Virus record (IMG/VR): IMGVR_UViG_3300031998_000043
Strand: one strand, 5' to 3'
Origin: a virus
Lineage: Duplodnaviria; Heunggongvirae; Uroviricota; Caudoviricetes
Length of the DNA: 19,845 nt
In this document: piece by piece, positions 1 through 9,613 of the stretch
How positions within the stretch are numbered: the stretch's first letter is position 1
Layout of the letters: each line of letters begins with the position of its first letter
Made by a program: the position numbers and the translations under genes
Notes under the pieces: generated by a model
Seen by the model: only the letters and a program-made list of their open reading frames with translations
What the model was told of the DNA's origin: nothing
Databases searched by the model: none

Positions 1-100
1 ACCGCTTAATAGCAGCCGCAGCAAGGACATCGAATTTTGCTTCTTTGAGTGCCTTGAGGAGGCAATCCCTCGTAATTTCGGCCTGTTCTACCTGATCCAT
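1..100 (-). CDS. Hypothetical protein, N-terminal part only (runs off the window edge)
   Basis: Manual translation MDQVEQAEITRDCLLKALKEAKFDVLAAAAIKR..., ATG at 100-98 preceded by RBS AAAGGAG on the minus strand. Not in the ORF track because it is truncated. Confidence 0.7.
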   Translation of the reverse strand, partial: MDQVEQAEITRDCLLKALKEAKFDVLAAAAIKR

Positions 101-161
101 TTTTGCTCCTTTGATAAGTTTGACTACCTATTATTAAATAGCTAAGACACAAAATTTTACG

Positions 162-197
162 AAAAATCTCTCATTACACCATTTAGATGTAATGAGA
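162..197 (-). terminator. Intrinsic terminator of the tail-fibre-like gene
   Basis: 10-bp stem TCTCATTACA (169-178) / TGTAATGAGA (188-197), followed by a T-run on the minus strand, 8 nt past the stop at 206. Confidence 0.7.
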
Positions 198-205
198 AAT
201 CTTTA

Positions 206-3200
206 TTAGAATTGTACTCTGTCTAGATCCTTTCCGACATAATATTGTTCGTGAATGATTCCTACCGAGCCATATTTATCATTTACTATGCGCTTATAGT
301 TAGTCGAATTTTGTGAGTAATTACTTACTTCCTTCCTTCTTGCATATAACCATGTACTTTCCAATGGGCTAAGATATTCAAAGTCTCTACAACCTGCAGT
401 TGGTATCAAAGCTGAAAGGGCTATAGTATCTCTATCTCCTTGACCTGCCCAGATGTTAATTTGAATCTTCATCGGTGTTTGTAATTCTAGATAGGTTCGT
501 AGTTGCTCTTGAAGAGAAGAGTCACTTACCCATGCACCGTCTTTACCAGTTGCAGCATACTGCTCAAAAATGGCTAGATTCGATATATTCACACTAAAAC
601 CGCCATTTATTCTTGCCATATAAGTATTCTTATAACGATTATCAACGAAACCAGTTACATTTTTTATTCTGCTTGGGTCATCAAAAACTGGAACAGACAT
701 AAATGTTCGACTGGAATTATTCGTACTTACAACTTGTACACCATTTATATGAATAGTCATATATGCTAAAACACCAACAAGAGAACCGAAATCTGGATTT
801 TGTGCTGCACAATCTGTTTGCCATCCTATTCTTCCATTTGCGGATTCTCGAGAAGATGTAGGCATATTAATGTTTAAAGTCAGAACAAGTGGCAAAATAC
901 CTATACACGGTTTCATCTCGCCATTCTGTAGGAACATTGGCCAGTATTTTGTTCCTACAGAACCACTACTGGCGGATAGCTCTCCAGATCCGTTGATGTA
1001 GATATGTTTAGTACTACTACCAAGACTGCCAGTGCGTGCTTTGAATTCGCCATTCTGCATGTAGATAAATTTTGAATTACTACCTGCAGAACCAGAAACA
1101 CCAGAAGATCCCTGAATAATCTGTTTCCATGTAGCAGACATAAGACTGCTATTTGGTGTAGTAACACTAAAGTCATTTTCACCAAAGTTAAGCATGGTAA
1201 TGTTATCATTGTATACGGTTACTTTTTCAGAATTTATGCATATACAACCTACAGTGCCGCCGCCATTTCTGGTAAGAAGATAGATGTCATCATTAGCGAC
1301 ATATATTTCAGAAGTAGAACCAGAGCCTACAAATTGCATACCAAAACGGTTTGCTTTCATACCGGCATAAGCCTCTATATGAGGATGTGTAGCATCCTCA
1401 GAAGATTTATGATGCCACATGAATGTCATGTACTCACTATCTTTGGCTTTACTACCCGGAGCTATTGTAAAGGTATTAGTGGGAATACCGCCTGTACTTC
1501 CGTAGCTTACTTTACTATCAATAGAGATAAGAGGCGTATAGTAATTATTGGTATTATAAGATTCTATTGTATTGAGATTAATTTCATTGTAGCGTCCGGT
1601 ACCAGTTTGTCTGAAAAGGCCGAGTCGAGAATTGTCTATGAATCCTGTAGCACTAAGAGTACCACTAGTTAAACTAGTCCTAAACTGGCTAGCATTAATA
1701 AATGTCTGAGAACCCTGGTTGGAATCTATGATCGTAGAATAAGCATTAATAGTCGTTGTAGAAACAGATCCGAAGTAAGTTCTATTAAGAGTAATAGAAG
1801 ACTCAGAGTGAGGGTTCGGAGAACCAACAGTAGCATATGTATACAAATCTATTGTGCCAAAAAGGGTATCCGAAGCTTTAGACTTAAGATGCATTACAGC
1901 AGTCCGATCATTATCTGTGACCTTAGAGATGATTGAATATTCTTGATTAGAATTAGGTCTATTAGCAGATATGTCAATCCCTGCTTCTCTATAGGCTGTA
2001 GTACCAACATGGGTAGTCCTTATAGTAACATTACCAAATCCGGAATTTGTTGTAATGGTAGCAAAATTATCACTGACAGATGAAAGTATCTTATGATCAT
2101 TTCTAATATCTTGAACACTAAGATCTGCAGAAGAAGAACTTGCAATAGACTGGATATAAAATCCATCGTATCTAATCTGTTCAAGTGAATACTTATTGCT
2201 ACTAGAACTAACATCATTTATATACGAAACTACATACCTGCTATCATCATCAGTACTAATAATAGAACGTGCTTCTCTATTATCTTTAGCGTACATAGCA
2301 GCACGTGTAAAGTTTCCATTGTCTTCACTTACCAAGTCAAATGAAGACGTATCTCCATTTTTCACTTTTATTATGCCAACATTATCGCCAGAAATAATAG
2401 AAAATTCAGACTGTATAGCAGACTCTATAGTTCCAGAAACACCACTATTTTCAGTAGTCTTTAATTCAATATATCCATTAGGGCCATTAGAAATCTTGGA
2501 GTATGCCTGTGTTGCACTCACAGAAGACTTAATGGATCCACTAGTGGAAGTACTACCATTTCTAATCTCAGTATCAACAGATGTTCCATTGATGTTAGTT
2601 AATGCAGAAGTTTGGCCAAAAACCATTGTCTCCTTAACACCGTTGTTAAGGCTAGTTTCAAGATTGATATATTTGCCATCTCCATTAGACAATTTTGTAG
2701 AAGACGAACTATCACTCACAGAAGATTCAATAGTGCCGCCATTATTACTACTATTACTTTTTGCAAGTTCAGTTGTTGCTATTGCTCCATTAAGCGTAGT
2801 AATAGAAGAGGTTTCTTCAAATCTCATTATCTCGCTGGTAGCATTAGTAGTCACACCGGCAGTATAAGATTTAGTAGGCGCGTTGTCTATCTTTAGGGTT
2901 TCAAATGCAGAATTAGTTCCTTTAGCTTCGATAGAAGAAGCTCCAGATTCGGACTTTAATTCAATACTATTATTATCTGTTTTCTTAATATTGATCTTAG
3001 CTTCAGAAGAGTTAACTTCTTCTAGAATCTGTCTATCATAATTCTTTTTATAGTCATGCGTCGGAGTGATTTCTGTGAAGAGAGCAGAGTCATTCCCAGT
3101 AACTTCAATCTTAGAAGAGGAGAAGTTTCCAGATGTTGCATCAGCAGAATCCTCAATGAATGGAAGATTATAGAAGTAAATAGTACCGGAATTAGTGCTA

Positions 3201-4465
3201 GCAAAGTATCCCATTCCAAGATAATAAATCTTGGAACTATCAGGAACATGTGCTGGAATGATACTGTCTCTTCTCAGCTTAGAAACTTCAGTTACATTGC
3301 TTATATCATGCACAGTAACCAGAGTAAGTGTGGAACCTACTATAATAGAGAAAGATACATTCTCGAAAAGCTCATCGCTGAATTTCCTTGTAGCTTGATA
3401 ATCAGTATCATCAATAACAACAAAGGGATTTCCACTTTCATCATCCGCACCAATAGCCTTTCTATTCACACAGATACCGCCATCTTCATAAATGGTTGCA
3501 ATCGTCTTTCTGTTTATATAAGAATTACATCCAATAGCAAAGAATTCTGCAGCATCAGAACTAGAAATACTAAAATCGTAAATACTGTATCCATCATTTC
3601 CAGTAGAGATCTTTCTAACAGAAATACTACCGCCATTTTGTCTATAAGCATAGTAAGCAGTCTTCTTACTGATAGATGGACTGTTATTAACGTTATAACA
3701 ATATCTCTGTACAGCTTTAGAAATAGCATTCTGGAAAGTAAATCCACTAAATCCGCTAGCAATACTAGAGGTTACATCTCTGTCAAAAGACTTTCCAAGA
3801 TTAAGAAGCTTAAGATCATTTCCAGAAATAACCAAGAATACACCTTCTTCAGAGATCTGAAGAAGACTATCTGCACTAGGAAGCGTTACATTCGTATTCT
3901 CGATAAAATCAGGCCTGTCCGAAGACTGTTCAGCATCCAGATTTATTGTAAACAGCTTCAAGGACTTATCATTATATCTGACAAGGAATCCAACGCCTTC
4001 AGCCGTTCTACACATAAAGACACGGTTAGCAGTCGTTGTAGTGGAGAATCCGATTCTCCAACCAATCTCGCCTTCCTTAGTAAACACGTTACTAAAATTA
4101 GTATAGACAACATCACCATTATTTTTAAGGGCAGCAACATATTGTCTATCAAGAGACGTTACATCTACAGCGCCAGTAATACCTGCTTCCTTAAGCTCTC
4201 TCAAAGACGTTCTAGACTTAAGAAGATCACCGACTTCACTTTCAATCGTATAATCTTCACCTGAACCAATCTTTACATAACGATGCGTACCATTCTTGAT
4301 AATGTGTGTATACACATTACCAACTTTATCAATAAAGATTTCACCAACTCTAGGAAGGTCAGGATCGGCAATTCTAGGAACAGGTGCATGAACAGGAGCG
4401 TCATATGGAGTTCCAACATCCTGAGTCCATGTCCATCTCAAAGGCTTAATAATAAAGCGACTCAT
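206..4465 (-). CDS. Large virion protein, probable tail fibre / receptor-binding protein (1419 aa)
   Basis: Long ORF rich in S/T/N/G with a beta-strand-like pattern. Internal repeats (GTIESSVSDSSSSTKLSNGDGKYINLET vs GSIKSSVSATQAYSKISNGPNGYIELKT) and three C-terminal GSxGS..K.IY..NGE-type repeats. Start moved from 4531 to ATG 4465 because RBS AAGGAG precedes it and a terminator hairpin covers 4511-4538. Confidence 0.6.
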   Translation of the reverse strand: MSRFIIKPLRWTWTQDVGTPYDAPVHAPVPRIADPDLPRVGEIFIDKVGNVYTHIIKNGTHRYVKIGSGEDYTIESEVGDLLKSRTSLRELKEAGITGAVDVTSLDRQYVAALKNNGDVVYTNFSNVFTKEGEIGWRIGFSTTTTANRVFMCRTAEGVGFLVRYNDKSLKLFTINLDAEQSSDRPDFIENTNVTLPSADSLLQISEEGVFLVISGNDLKLLNLGKSFDRDVTSSIASGFSGFTFQNAISKAVQRYCYNVNNSPSISKKTAYYAYRQNGGSISVRKISTGNDGYSIYDFSISSSDAAEFFAIGCNSYINRKTIATIYEDGGICVNRKAIGADDESGNPFVVIDDTDYQATRKFSDELFENVSFSIIVGSTLTLVTVHDISNVTEVSKLRRDSIIPAHVPDSSKIYYLGMGYFASTNSGTIYFYNLPFIEDSADATSGNFSSSKIEVTGNDSALFTEITPTHDYKKNYDRQILEEVNSSEAKINIKKTDNNSIELKSESGASSIEAKGTNSAFETLKIDNAPTKSYTAGVTTNATSEIMRFEETSSITTLNGAIATTELAKSNSSNNGGTIESSVSDSSSSTKLSNGDGKYINLETSLNNGVKETMVFGQTSALTNINGTSVDTEIRNGSTSTSGSIKSSVSATQAYSKISNGPNGYIELKTTENSGVSGTIESAIQSEFSIISGDNVGIIKVKNGDTSSFDLVSEDNGNFTRAAMYAKDNREARSIISTDDDSRYVVSYINDVSSSSNKYSLEQIRYDGFYIQSIASSSSADLSVQDIRNDHKILSSVSDNFATITTNSGFGNVTIRTTHVGTTAYREAGIDISANRPNSNQEYSIISKVTDNDRTAVMHLKSKASDTLFGTIDLYTYATVGSPNPHSESSITLNRTYFGSVSTTTINAYSTIIDSNQGSQTFINASQFRTSLTSGTLSATGFIDNSRLGLFRQTGTGRYNEINLNTIESYNTNNYYTPLISIDSKVSYGSTGGIPTNTFTIAPGSKAKDSEYMTFMWHHKSSEDATHPHIEAYAGMKANRFGMQFVGSGSTSEIYVANDDIYLLTRNGGGTVGCICINSEKVTVYNDNITMLNFGENDFSVTTPNSSLMSATWKQIIQGSSGVSGSAGSNSKFIYMQNGEFKARTGSLGSSTKHIYINGSGELSASSGSVGTKYWPMFLQNGEMKPCIGILPLVLTLNINMPTSSRESANGRIGWQTDCAAQNPDFGSLVGVLAYMTIHINGVQVVSTNNSSRTFMSVPVFDDPSRIKNVTGFVDNRYKNTYMARINGGFSVNISNLAIFEQYAATGKDGAWVSDSSLQEQLRTYLELQTPMKIQINIWAGQGDRDTIALSALIPTAGCRDFEYLSPLESTWLYARRKEVSNYSQNSTNYKRIVNDKYGSVGIIHEQYYVGKDLDRVQF

Positions 4466-4505
4466 AAAGTCTCCTTGTCTGTTTATCAATGATAAAGTTT
4501 TTGAT

Positions 4506-4538
4506 AAAAATTCTAGTATGGTATAGACCATACTAGAA
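4506..4538 (-). terminator. Intrinsic terminator after the 212-aa gene
   Basis: Perfect 12-bp stem TTCTAGTATGGT-atag-ACCATACTAGAA flanked by A-runs, giving a T-tract on the minus strand. Confidence 0.8.
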
Positions 4539-4543
4539 AAATT

Positions 4544-5182
4544 TTATTCTGCAATCTCAATTACCTTCTTTTCAATAAGCTCAGGATAGATATCTACAAG
4601 CTTACACTCAGCAATAAAGAAAGCCAAATAGTGACCATAAGGTACTACAATTCTATCGACCACAGAAGGTTCAAGAGATGCATCGGCGATAGGGGAGTAT
4701 GCTCTGGCAGTATAAGAATCATTCTGATATTCTTCCAAAAGTTCAAGCATACCCATCTGGTTTACCTTGAATTTCTGTTTATCATTCTCGTCAACAATTC
4801 TAATAACTTTGCACCTATAATCAAAACCCATTGTGCATTCAGCCATAATTCTAACTTCAGATCCACAATTTTCAAGAATTGCATTAATCTTGTTTACAAA
4901 CTTAGGCACATAGAACTTGTTAAGTTTCTTTCTATCATTGGCAATACATTTGATTCCATAGAAGTCAGGAATAACTACTGGAGTATCTCCAGAGGAATCG
5001 TCAGAAGAAGCATCACCAATTTCTACATTGTACGGAAGCTGTCCATAAAAGAACATCTCTTTTACAGCTTTTTGAGGAAGTCTTTCATACGGAAATACAT
5101 CTTTCTGTTTGGTGTATTGAATTCTTCTATCGGTATCAACAAGACCGGCTGATCTACGTTCTCCAAGCATAAGAATCTCCAT
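4544..5182 (-). CDS. Hypothetical protein (212 aa)
   Basis: ORF with typical composition, bounded by a divergent promoter region and a terminator. No motif recognised. Confidence 0.75.
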   Translation of the reverse strand: MEILMLGERRSAGLVDTDRRIQYTKQKDVFPYERLPQKAVKEMFFYGQLPYNVEIGDASSDDSSGDTPVVIPDFYGIKCIANDRKKLNKFYVPKFVNKINAILENCGSEVRIMAECTMGFDYRCKVIRIVDENDKQKFKVNQMGMLELLEEYQNDSYTARAYSPIADASLEPSVVDRIVVPYGHYLAFFIAECKLVDIYPELIEKKVIEIAE

Positions 5183-5199
5183 TAGTTAATTTCACAATG

Positions 5200-5255
5200 T
5201 CGAGTTTTATTTTTTTTTTGAGGTAAATAATAAAGAAAAAAATATAAAAACTCGA
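5200..5255. promoter_or_regulatory. Divergent promoter region built as an imperfect inverted repeat
   Basis: TCGAGTTTTATTTTTTTTTT (5200-5219) mirrors AAAAAAATATAAAAACTCGA (5236-5255), between genes that start at 5182 (-) and 5277 (+). Confidence 0.5.
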
Positions 5256-5276
5256 AAATGAATCAATGGAGGATAT

Positions 5277-6140
5277 ATGAACGCAGGTTTGTGTTTATCT
5301 GTTTCTGGTGGTGGAATTTTGGGTGTTGGCCCTGCTCACTATCTTGCTCGTCTTGAAGGAGACCTTGGGTGTCCGCTTGGTAATAGACTTATTGCTCAGG
5401 CTGGAACGTCTACTGGCTCTATCCTTGCGGCTGGTATGGCTGAAGGAATTAAGGCTATCGATATGGAAGAACTATATCGTAAGAAAGGTTCTACTATCTT
5501 TACAAAGTATCCTTGGTATAAGAGAGCCTTGCCCACTTGCCCTACTTATGATAATACCAACCTTAAGAAAATCCTTAAGGAAAAATTCAAGGGTAAAGTC
5601 AATGAGTGGAAAGAGCCTACATTCATTACATCTACATACATGAATGGAAAATCCGTAGAGAAGATTTGGGATGAAAAAGATGTTGTAGAAAAGTGGTTTG
5701 CAATTCTTACATCTTGCGCAGCTCCAACTTACTTTGATGTTATTGTTGACTCTATGTCTAGAAGCTTCTGTGATGGTGGTATGTGGGCCAACTCTTGTCC
5801 TCAGATCCTGATGGCAGGTATGTATCGTAGAGGTAATAGGAATATTCGCATTCTTAACCTTGAGACTGGTATGGATACTCCCAATACTGAAAGTGGAAAT
5901 AAGACTTTAGCTGGTTGGGCTACCTATATCTTTAAGAAATGGGTTGCCAGAGCTTCTAAGGCTAATGCTTATATTTGCTCTTCCGTACTGGGCGATGAGA
6001 ATTTCTTTAATGTTATGCCGGAATCTCATAAGACACATGAGATGGATGACATGAAGGAAATTGATATTGTCACTGATATTTGGGATAAGCAATACGATAA
6101 GGATCGTGAAAAACTTCTGAAATTCGTTAATCCGAGGTAG
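5277..6140 (+). CDS. Patatin-like phospholipase (287 aa)
   Basis: Gly-rich SGGGILG loop, nucleophile elbow GTSTG and DGG motif (FCDGGMWAN). RBS GGAGG. Confidence 0.92.
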   Translation: MNAGLCLSVSGGGILGVGPAHYLARLEGDLGCPLGNRLIAQAGTSTGSILAAGMAEGIKAIDMEELYRKKGSTIFTKYPWYKRALPTCPTYDNTNLKKILKEKFKGKVNEWKEPTFITSTYMNGKSVEKIWDEKDVVEKWFAILTSCAAPTYFDVIVDSMSRSFCDGGMWANSCPQILMAGMYRRGNRNIRILNLETGMDTPNTESGNKTLAGWATYIFKKWVARASKANAYICSSVLGDENFFNVMPESHKTHEMDDMKEIDIVTDIWDKQYDKDREKLLKFVNPR

Positions 6141-6142
6141 TT

Positions 6143-6580
6143 ATGCTGTATCACTCTCGAATGATAAATGTTAGGCGAGGCCCATTCGATAAGGTTGATG
6201 CCGAGCTATATAACTTTTTCAAACAGGGTGATACTCTTGCTATTAGATACACCGACAAGAACTTTGCCTTGTTTGTAAATGACAAGCAGTATAGTTCTAG
6301 AATAGATATCACCACTGAAGAGAATACTTACCATTTGGTAGATACGATCAAGGGTAGGTACTTCATTGAAAGAGATGGTGATGACTATTTTATAATGCCA
6401 GCTAGAACATACACTGATGAAAATGGTGAAACTCAGTTCTGTCCTGATGACTCCAATAAGCTAAAACTTAAGAAGGTCAGAAAGGCTTTCATTGGTGGTG
6501 TTAACTGTAAATGTTCTATACCCTACGGCAAAAGGTGTAATCGGAAAATGGGTCAGCGTCCTCTCAATGCTGGCTTATAG
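6143..6580 (+). CDS. Hypothetical protein (145 aa)
   Basis: Starts 2 nt after the patatin stop, in the same operon. No motif recognised. Confidence 0.7.
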   Translation: MLYHSRMINVRRGPFDKVDAELYNFFKQGDTLAIRYTDKNFALFVNDKQYSSRIDITTEENTYHLVDTIKGRYFIERDGDDYFIMPARTYTDENGETQFCPDDSNKLKLKKVRKAFIGGVNCKCSIPYGKRCNRKMGQRPLNAGL

Positions 6581-6612
6581 CGGAACTTTAGAATGAAACA
6601 AAAGGATCTTTT

Positions 6613-8583
6613 ATGAACAAAGAATCTATGTCGAAGTATGATGAGCTAATGGCTGCCGCCGAAAGCATCAAGAAAGAATTGCTTGATTGTGATAAGCAGG
6701 TTGACCAGTTTGCTCAACTGATTGCTCCGTGGTATTGCGCCCCGGAAATCATTACTAAGCCTCTGGTCATTAACCTTGTTGGTATGACTGGAATTGGTAA
6801 GACTCAGATGTTCCGTCTGTTCTGTGATAGACTTAAGCTGAACAGCCTTGCCGAAACACTCACTTGCGCTAACAATACCTCTATCAATCCTTCTACTGTT
6901 GCCTTCCGCATGAAAGAAGAACAAGGTCTTGAAAAAGGTATCATCTTCATTGATGAATTCCAGAATTTCTCCTGTAAGGGAATGATGGGTGTTAGAACGA
7001 ATAATCCTAGCACTCAAGAATTCTGGAACCTGCTCTCCGATGGTAAAGTCAAGATCAATATGTCCAAGGAAGAACTTGAACGATTGATGTACAGAGCTCA
7101 GGGCGAAATGCAGACAGAAGAAGAAGAACTGTCTAACGGAAAGAAGAGACAGTCATTCCCGACGTTCTTTGGAAGTACTGCGTACCGTCTTTACATTCTT
7201 TGTAAGAAGAAAGTTCCTCTTGAGAAAATCAAGGTCATGCACGGTAAGGAAGCTTTCAAGTTTGTTAGTGAGCTTTACGAACACTATGATAATAAGCCGA
7301 TTTACGCAGACTTTTCTAAGTTCCTGTTCGTGACTGCCTGTAACCTTGACTGTGTTTTTGCAGATGCCACTGATGTAGCTTCTTGTGAGATCGATGCTGA
7401 TGAAGTGTATGAATCTACCAAGGATGTAAATATCTTTGATGTTAAGGAAGGATTATCCTACTTTTTCTTTCCTGAACAGGTTGCAAGACTTGGTAACAAC
7501 TTTATCATCTTCCATTCTCTTTCCAAAGACAGCTTCGAAAAGATCATTGATGGTTGTCTTAATGAAATCTCTGAAAATACTAAGGCAGCCATTGGTACTG
7601 AAATTACTTTCGACAAATCTGTCAAGGACATGGTCTACCGCAATGGCGTTTTCCCGACACAGGGTGCTAGACCTTTGATGTCTACTATTAATGGTACTAT
7701 TGCTTCAGCTATTCCTCTGATTGTATTCAAACAGAAGGAAGCTGACAAGAAGATTACCGTTAAGTATAATGATGAAAAAATGGAACTAGAAGCTAATGGC
7801 GTAAGCGTAAGCTGCATTGGCCCTTATGACGAAAGTGCTAGACGCATTAAGACTAAGGTTAATGAACGCCGTTGTACTTCGGTTCATGAATCTGGTCATG
7901 CTATAGTCTATGCCGAATCCTTTGGAGCTATTCCTAAGAAGATGGTCAGCATTGTAGCAGACTCTAGAGTTGCTGCCGGATTCATTTCTACTCACATAAT
8001 TCGTCATACTGCCATTACAATGAAGGCTTTCATTTGTGTAGCCCTTGCTGGAATGGTTGCTGAAGAGATTGTATTCGGTAAGGACTTCCGCACGGTTGGA
8101 TGCTCTTCTGACTTGGCCAAGGCTACTGCAATGGCTGCCGCCTATGTTAGAAAGTTTGCATTCACCGATAAGATAAAGGCTGTGGTCGGAACCAAGGAAA
8201 ATGAGTACAATAAGCTCTCTGAAACTTCCGAAGTGATCAACGATATCATCAAGGATTGTATCAAGACTACTAAGGAAATTATCACTAAGAATATTGAAAT
8301 TCTTAAGGAAATCTCTGAAGTAATGTTTGAAAAGACTAGATGTACTCCGGAAGAGTTCAAGGCTATTGCCGATAAGCATGGAAAGAAGTATGTCATTGTC
8401 AGTCCTTCCAAGAAGATTACTCCTAACTTTGAAGAACGCTATAAGATGTTCGATGAGTCCAAGGTTAAGTCTATCGAAGAAGTATCTAATGCTGAAGAAT
8501 GTGTATCCTTCTTTGAAGGTGCTTACAGAGAATCCGATTCCGGTATGACTCCGGCAGTTGACGATCTTTTCTTGGACTTCTAA
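6613..8583 (+). CDS. AAA+ ATPase (ClpA/B D2-like) fused to an M41 (FtsH-type) zinc metallopeptidase domain, no transmembrane segment (656 aa)
   Basis: Walker A GMTGIGKT and Walker B IIFIDE. ClpB-D2-like FFFPEQVARLG..IIFHSL and GARPL. M41 motifs HESGH, AGMVAEEIVFG and GCSSDL. RBS AAGGA. Confidence 0.85.
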   Translation: MNKESMSKYDELMAAAESIKKELLDCDKQVDQFAQLIAPWYCAPEIITKPLVINLVGMTGIGKTQMFRLFCDRLKLNSLAETLTCANNTSINPSTVAFRMKEEQGLEKGIIFIDEFQNFSCKGMMGVRTNNPSTQEFWNLLSDGKVKINMSKEELERLMYRAQGEMQTEEEELSNGKKRQSFPTFFGSTAYRLYILCKKKVPLEKIKVMHGKEAFKFVSELYEHYDNKPIYADFSKFLFVTACNLDCVFADATDVASCEIDADEVYESTKDVNIFDVKEGLSYFFFPEQVARLGNNFIIFHSLSKDSFEKIIDGCLNEISENTKAAIGTEITFDKSVKDMVYRNGVFPTQGARPLMSTINGTIASAIPLIVFKQKEADKKITVKYNDEKMELEANGVSVSCIGPYDESARRIKTKVNERRCTSVHESGHAIVYAESFGAIPKKMVSIVADSRVAAGFISTHIIRHTAITMKAFICVALAGMVAEEIVFGKDFRTVGCSSDLAKATAMAAAYVRKFAFTDKIKAVVGTKENEYNKLSETSEVINDIIKDCIKTTKEIITKNIEILKEISEVMFEKTRCTPEEFKAIADKHGKKYVIVSPSKKITPNFEERYKMFDESKVKSIEEVSNAEECVSFFEGAYRESDSGMTPAVDDLFLDF

Positions 8584-8584
8584 T

Positions 8585-8863
8585 ATGACAATAGAGTTAT
8601 TTGCACTGTTTAAATTTAAGACTGTTGAGGGTGTTGATATCCACTGGAAAGCAGTGGACTTCTTACACTCAAGATATAGTCATAATGGAAAGAGTGCAGA
8701 TATTGAGTATGATCCGTCTAAAGAGCAAGCTATGCTAACATTCAGAAATCAGTCATCTCTCATAGCTTTCAAAGACCTTCAAGATCATCTAAAAATTTTA
8801 GGTATCTTTAATGAAAGTCCTGCTTCTGAAAGACATTCATCCTCATTTGCACCTCTACCATAA
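8585..8863 (+). CDS. Hypothetical protein (92 aa)
   Basis: ATG at 8585 lies 1 nt after the protease stop (TAA-T-ATG), suggesting translational coupling. It ends at a terminator. Confidence 0.65.
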   Translation: MTIELFALFKFKTVEGVDIHWKAVDFLHSRYSHNGKSADIEYDPSKEQAMLTFRNQSSLIAFKDLQDHLKILGIFNESPASERHSSSFAPLP

Positions 8864-8905
8864 AAAAGAATAATATTCTCACGGAAACCCGTGAGAATAT
8901 TTTTG
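8864..8905. terminator. Bidirectional intrinsic terminator
   Basis: 13-bp perfect stem AATATTCTCACGG-aaac-CCGTGAGAATATT (8872-8901), with an A-run before and a T-run after, between convergent genes. Confidence 0.85.
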
Positions 8906-8956
8906 ACGCACCAATCAGAGTGATCAATGCATCCTACTAGCTAAACGCTGCAGGTA

Positions 8957-9496
8957 TCAAACGACTGCTGGTGCCCTGCTAGCGATGTCACGTATTCTGG
9001 CCCAACTCTTCGGATCGATAATGTCATTGACATTAGTGGTCTTTCCGATATTAGTTGCACCTGAACCGCCGAACAATATATAAAGATCATCCTTGCTGTA
9101 TTCACACGGTACGGCATACTTAGTCAGCTCAAGAGGAGTTTCAGCCTCTGCGATAGCTTTCTGCATACCAGAGTTTCCAATAGAGAACCGAAGTTCAGTA
9201 TCAGCAATGGTAGTTCTCCCAAAGTGGTTTTTGAAGAGAAGACCGTCTTTAAAAGTATTCCGGTATTCTCTCATAACGGTATCAACAAGCTTCTTCACGG
9301 AAGGTTCCATGACATAGGCATTCTTATAGGCTCTTATGCCGACATTGTTGATATAGTAATTTCCACGCTTTCTAAGATAGAACGTTCGAGTAAGCGTGTT
9401 AATAGAGAACGTCCAGTCACCGTCCTCTCCGTAAATTTCTTCAATAGCATTACCATTCAGTGTCTTAGCGACTTGGATCTTAGATTTTGCTGTCAT
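8957..9496 (-). CDS. Hypothetical protein (179 aa)
   Basis: ORF with RBS AAGGA upstream of ATG 9496, converging on the terminator at 8872-8901. Confidence 0.8.
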   Translation of the reverse strand: MTAKSKIQVAKTLNGNAIEEIYGEDGDWTFSINTLTRTFYLRKRGNYYINNVGIRAYKNAYVMEPSVKKLVDTVMREYRNTFKDGLLFKNHFGRTTIADTELRFSIGNSGMQKAIAEAETPLELTKYAVPCEYSKDDLYILFGGSGATNIGKTTNVNDIIDPKSWARIRDIASRAPAVV

Positions 9497-9526
9497 AATG
9501 TATCCTTATAAAGAAATGTCAAGACT

Positions 9527-9566
9527 TTATATGTAATCTAAAAAGATATAAAACGACTATATATAA
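9527..9566. promoter_or_regulatory. Divergent TATATAA-type promoter elements
   Basis: TATATAA at 9560-9566 (+) upstream of the 9614 gene, and CATATAA at 9527-9533 (-) upstream of the 9496 gene. Confidence 0.5.
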
Positions 9567-9613
9567 AGATTAGCGTTTTGAATAAGTTGTTCAAACGCAA
9601 AGGAAAAATACAT

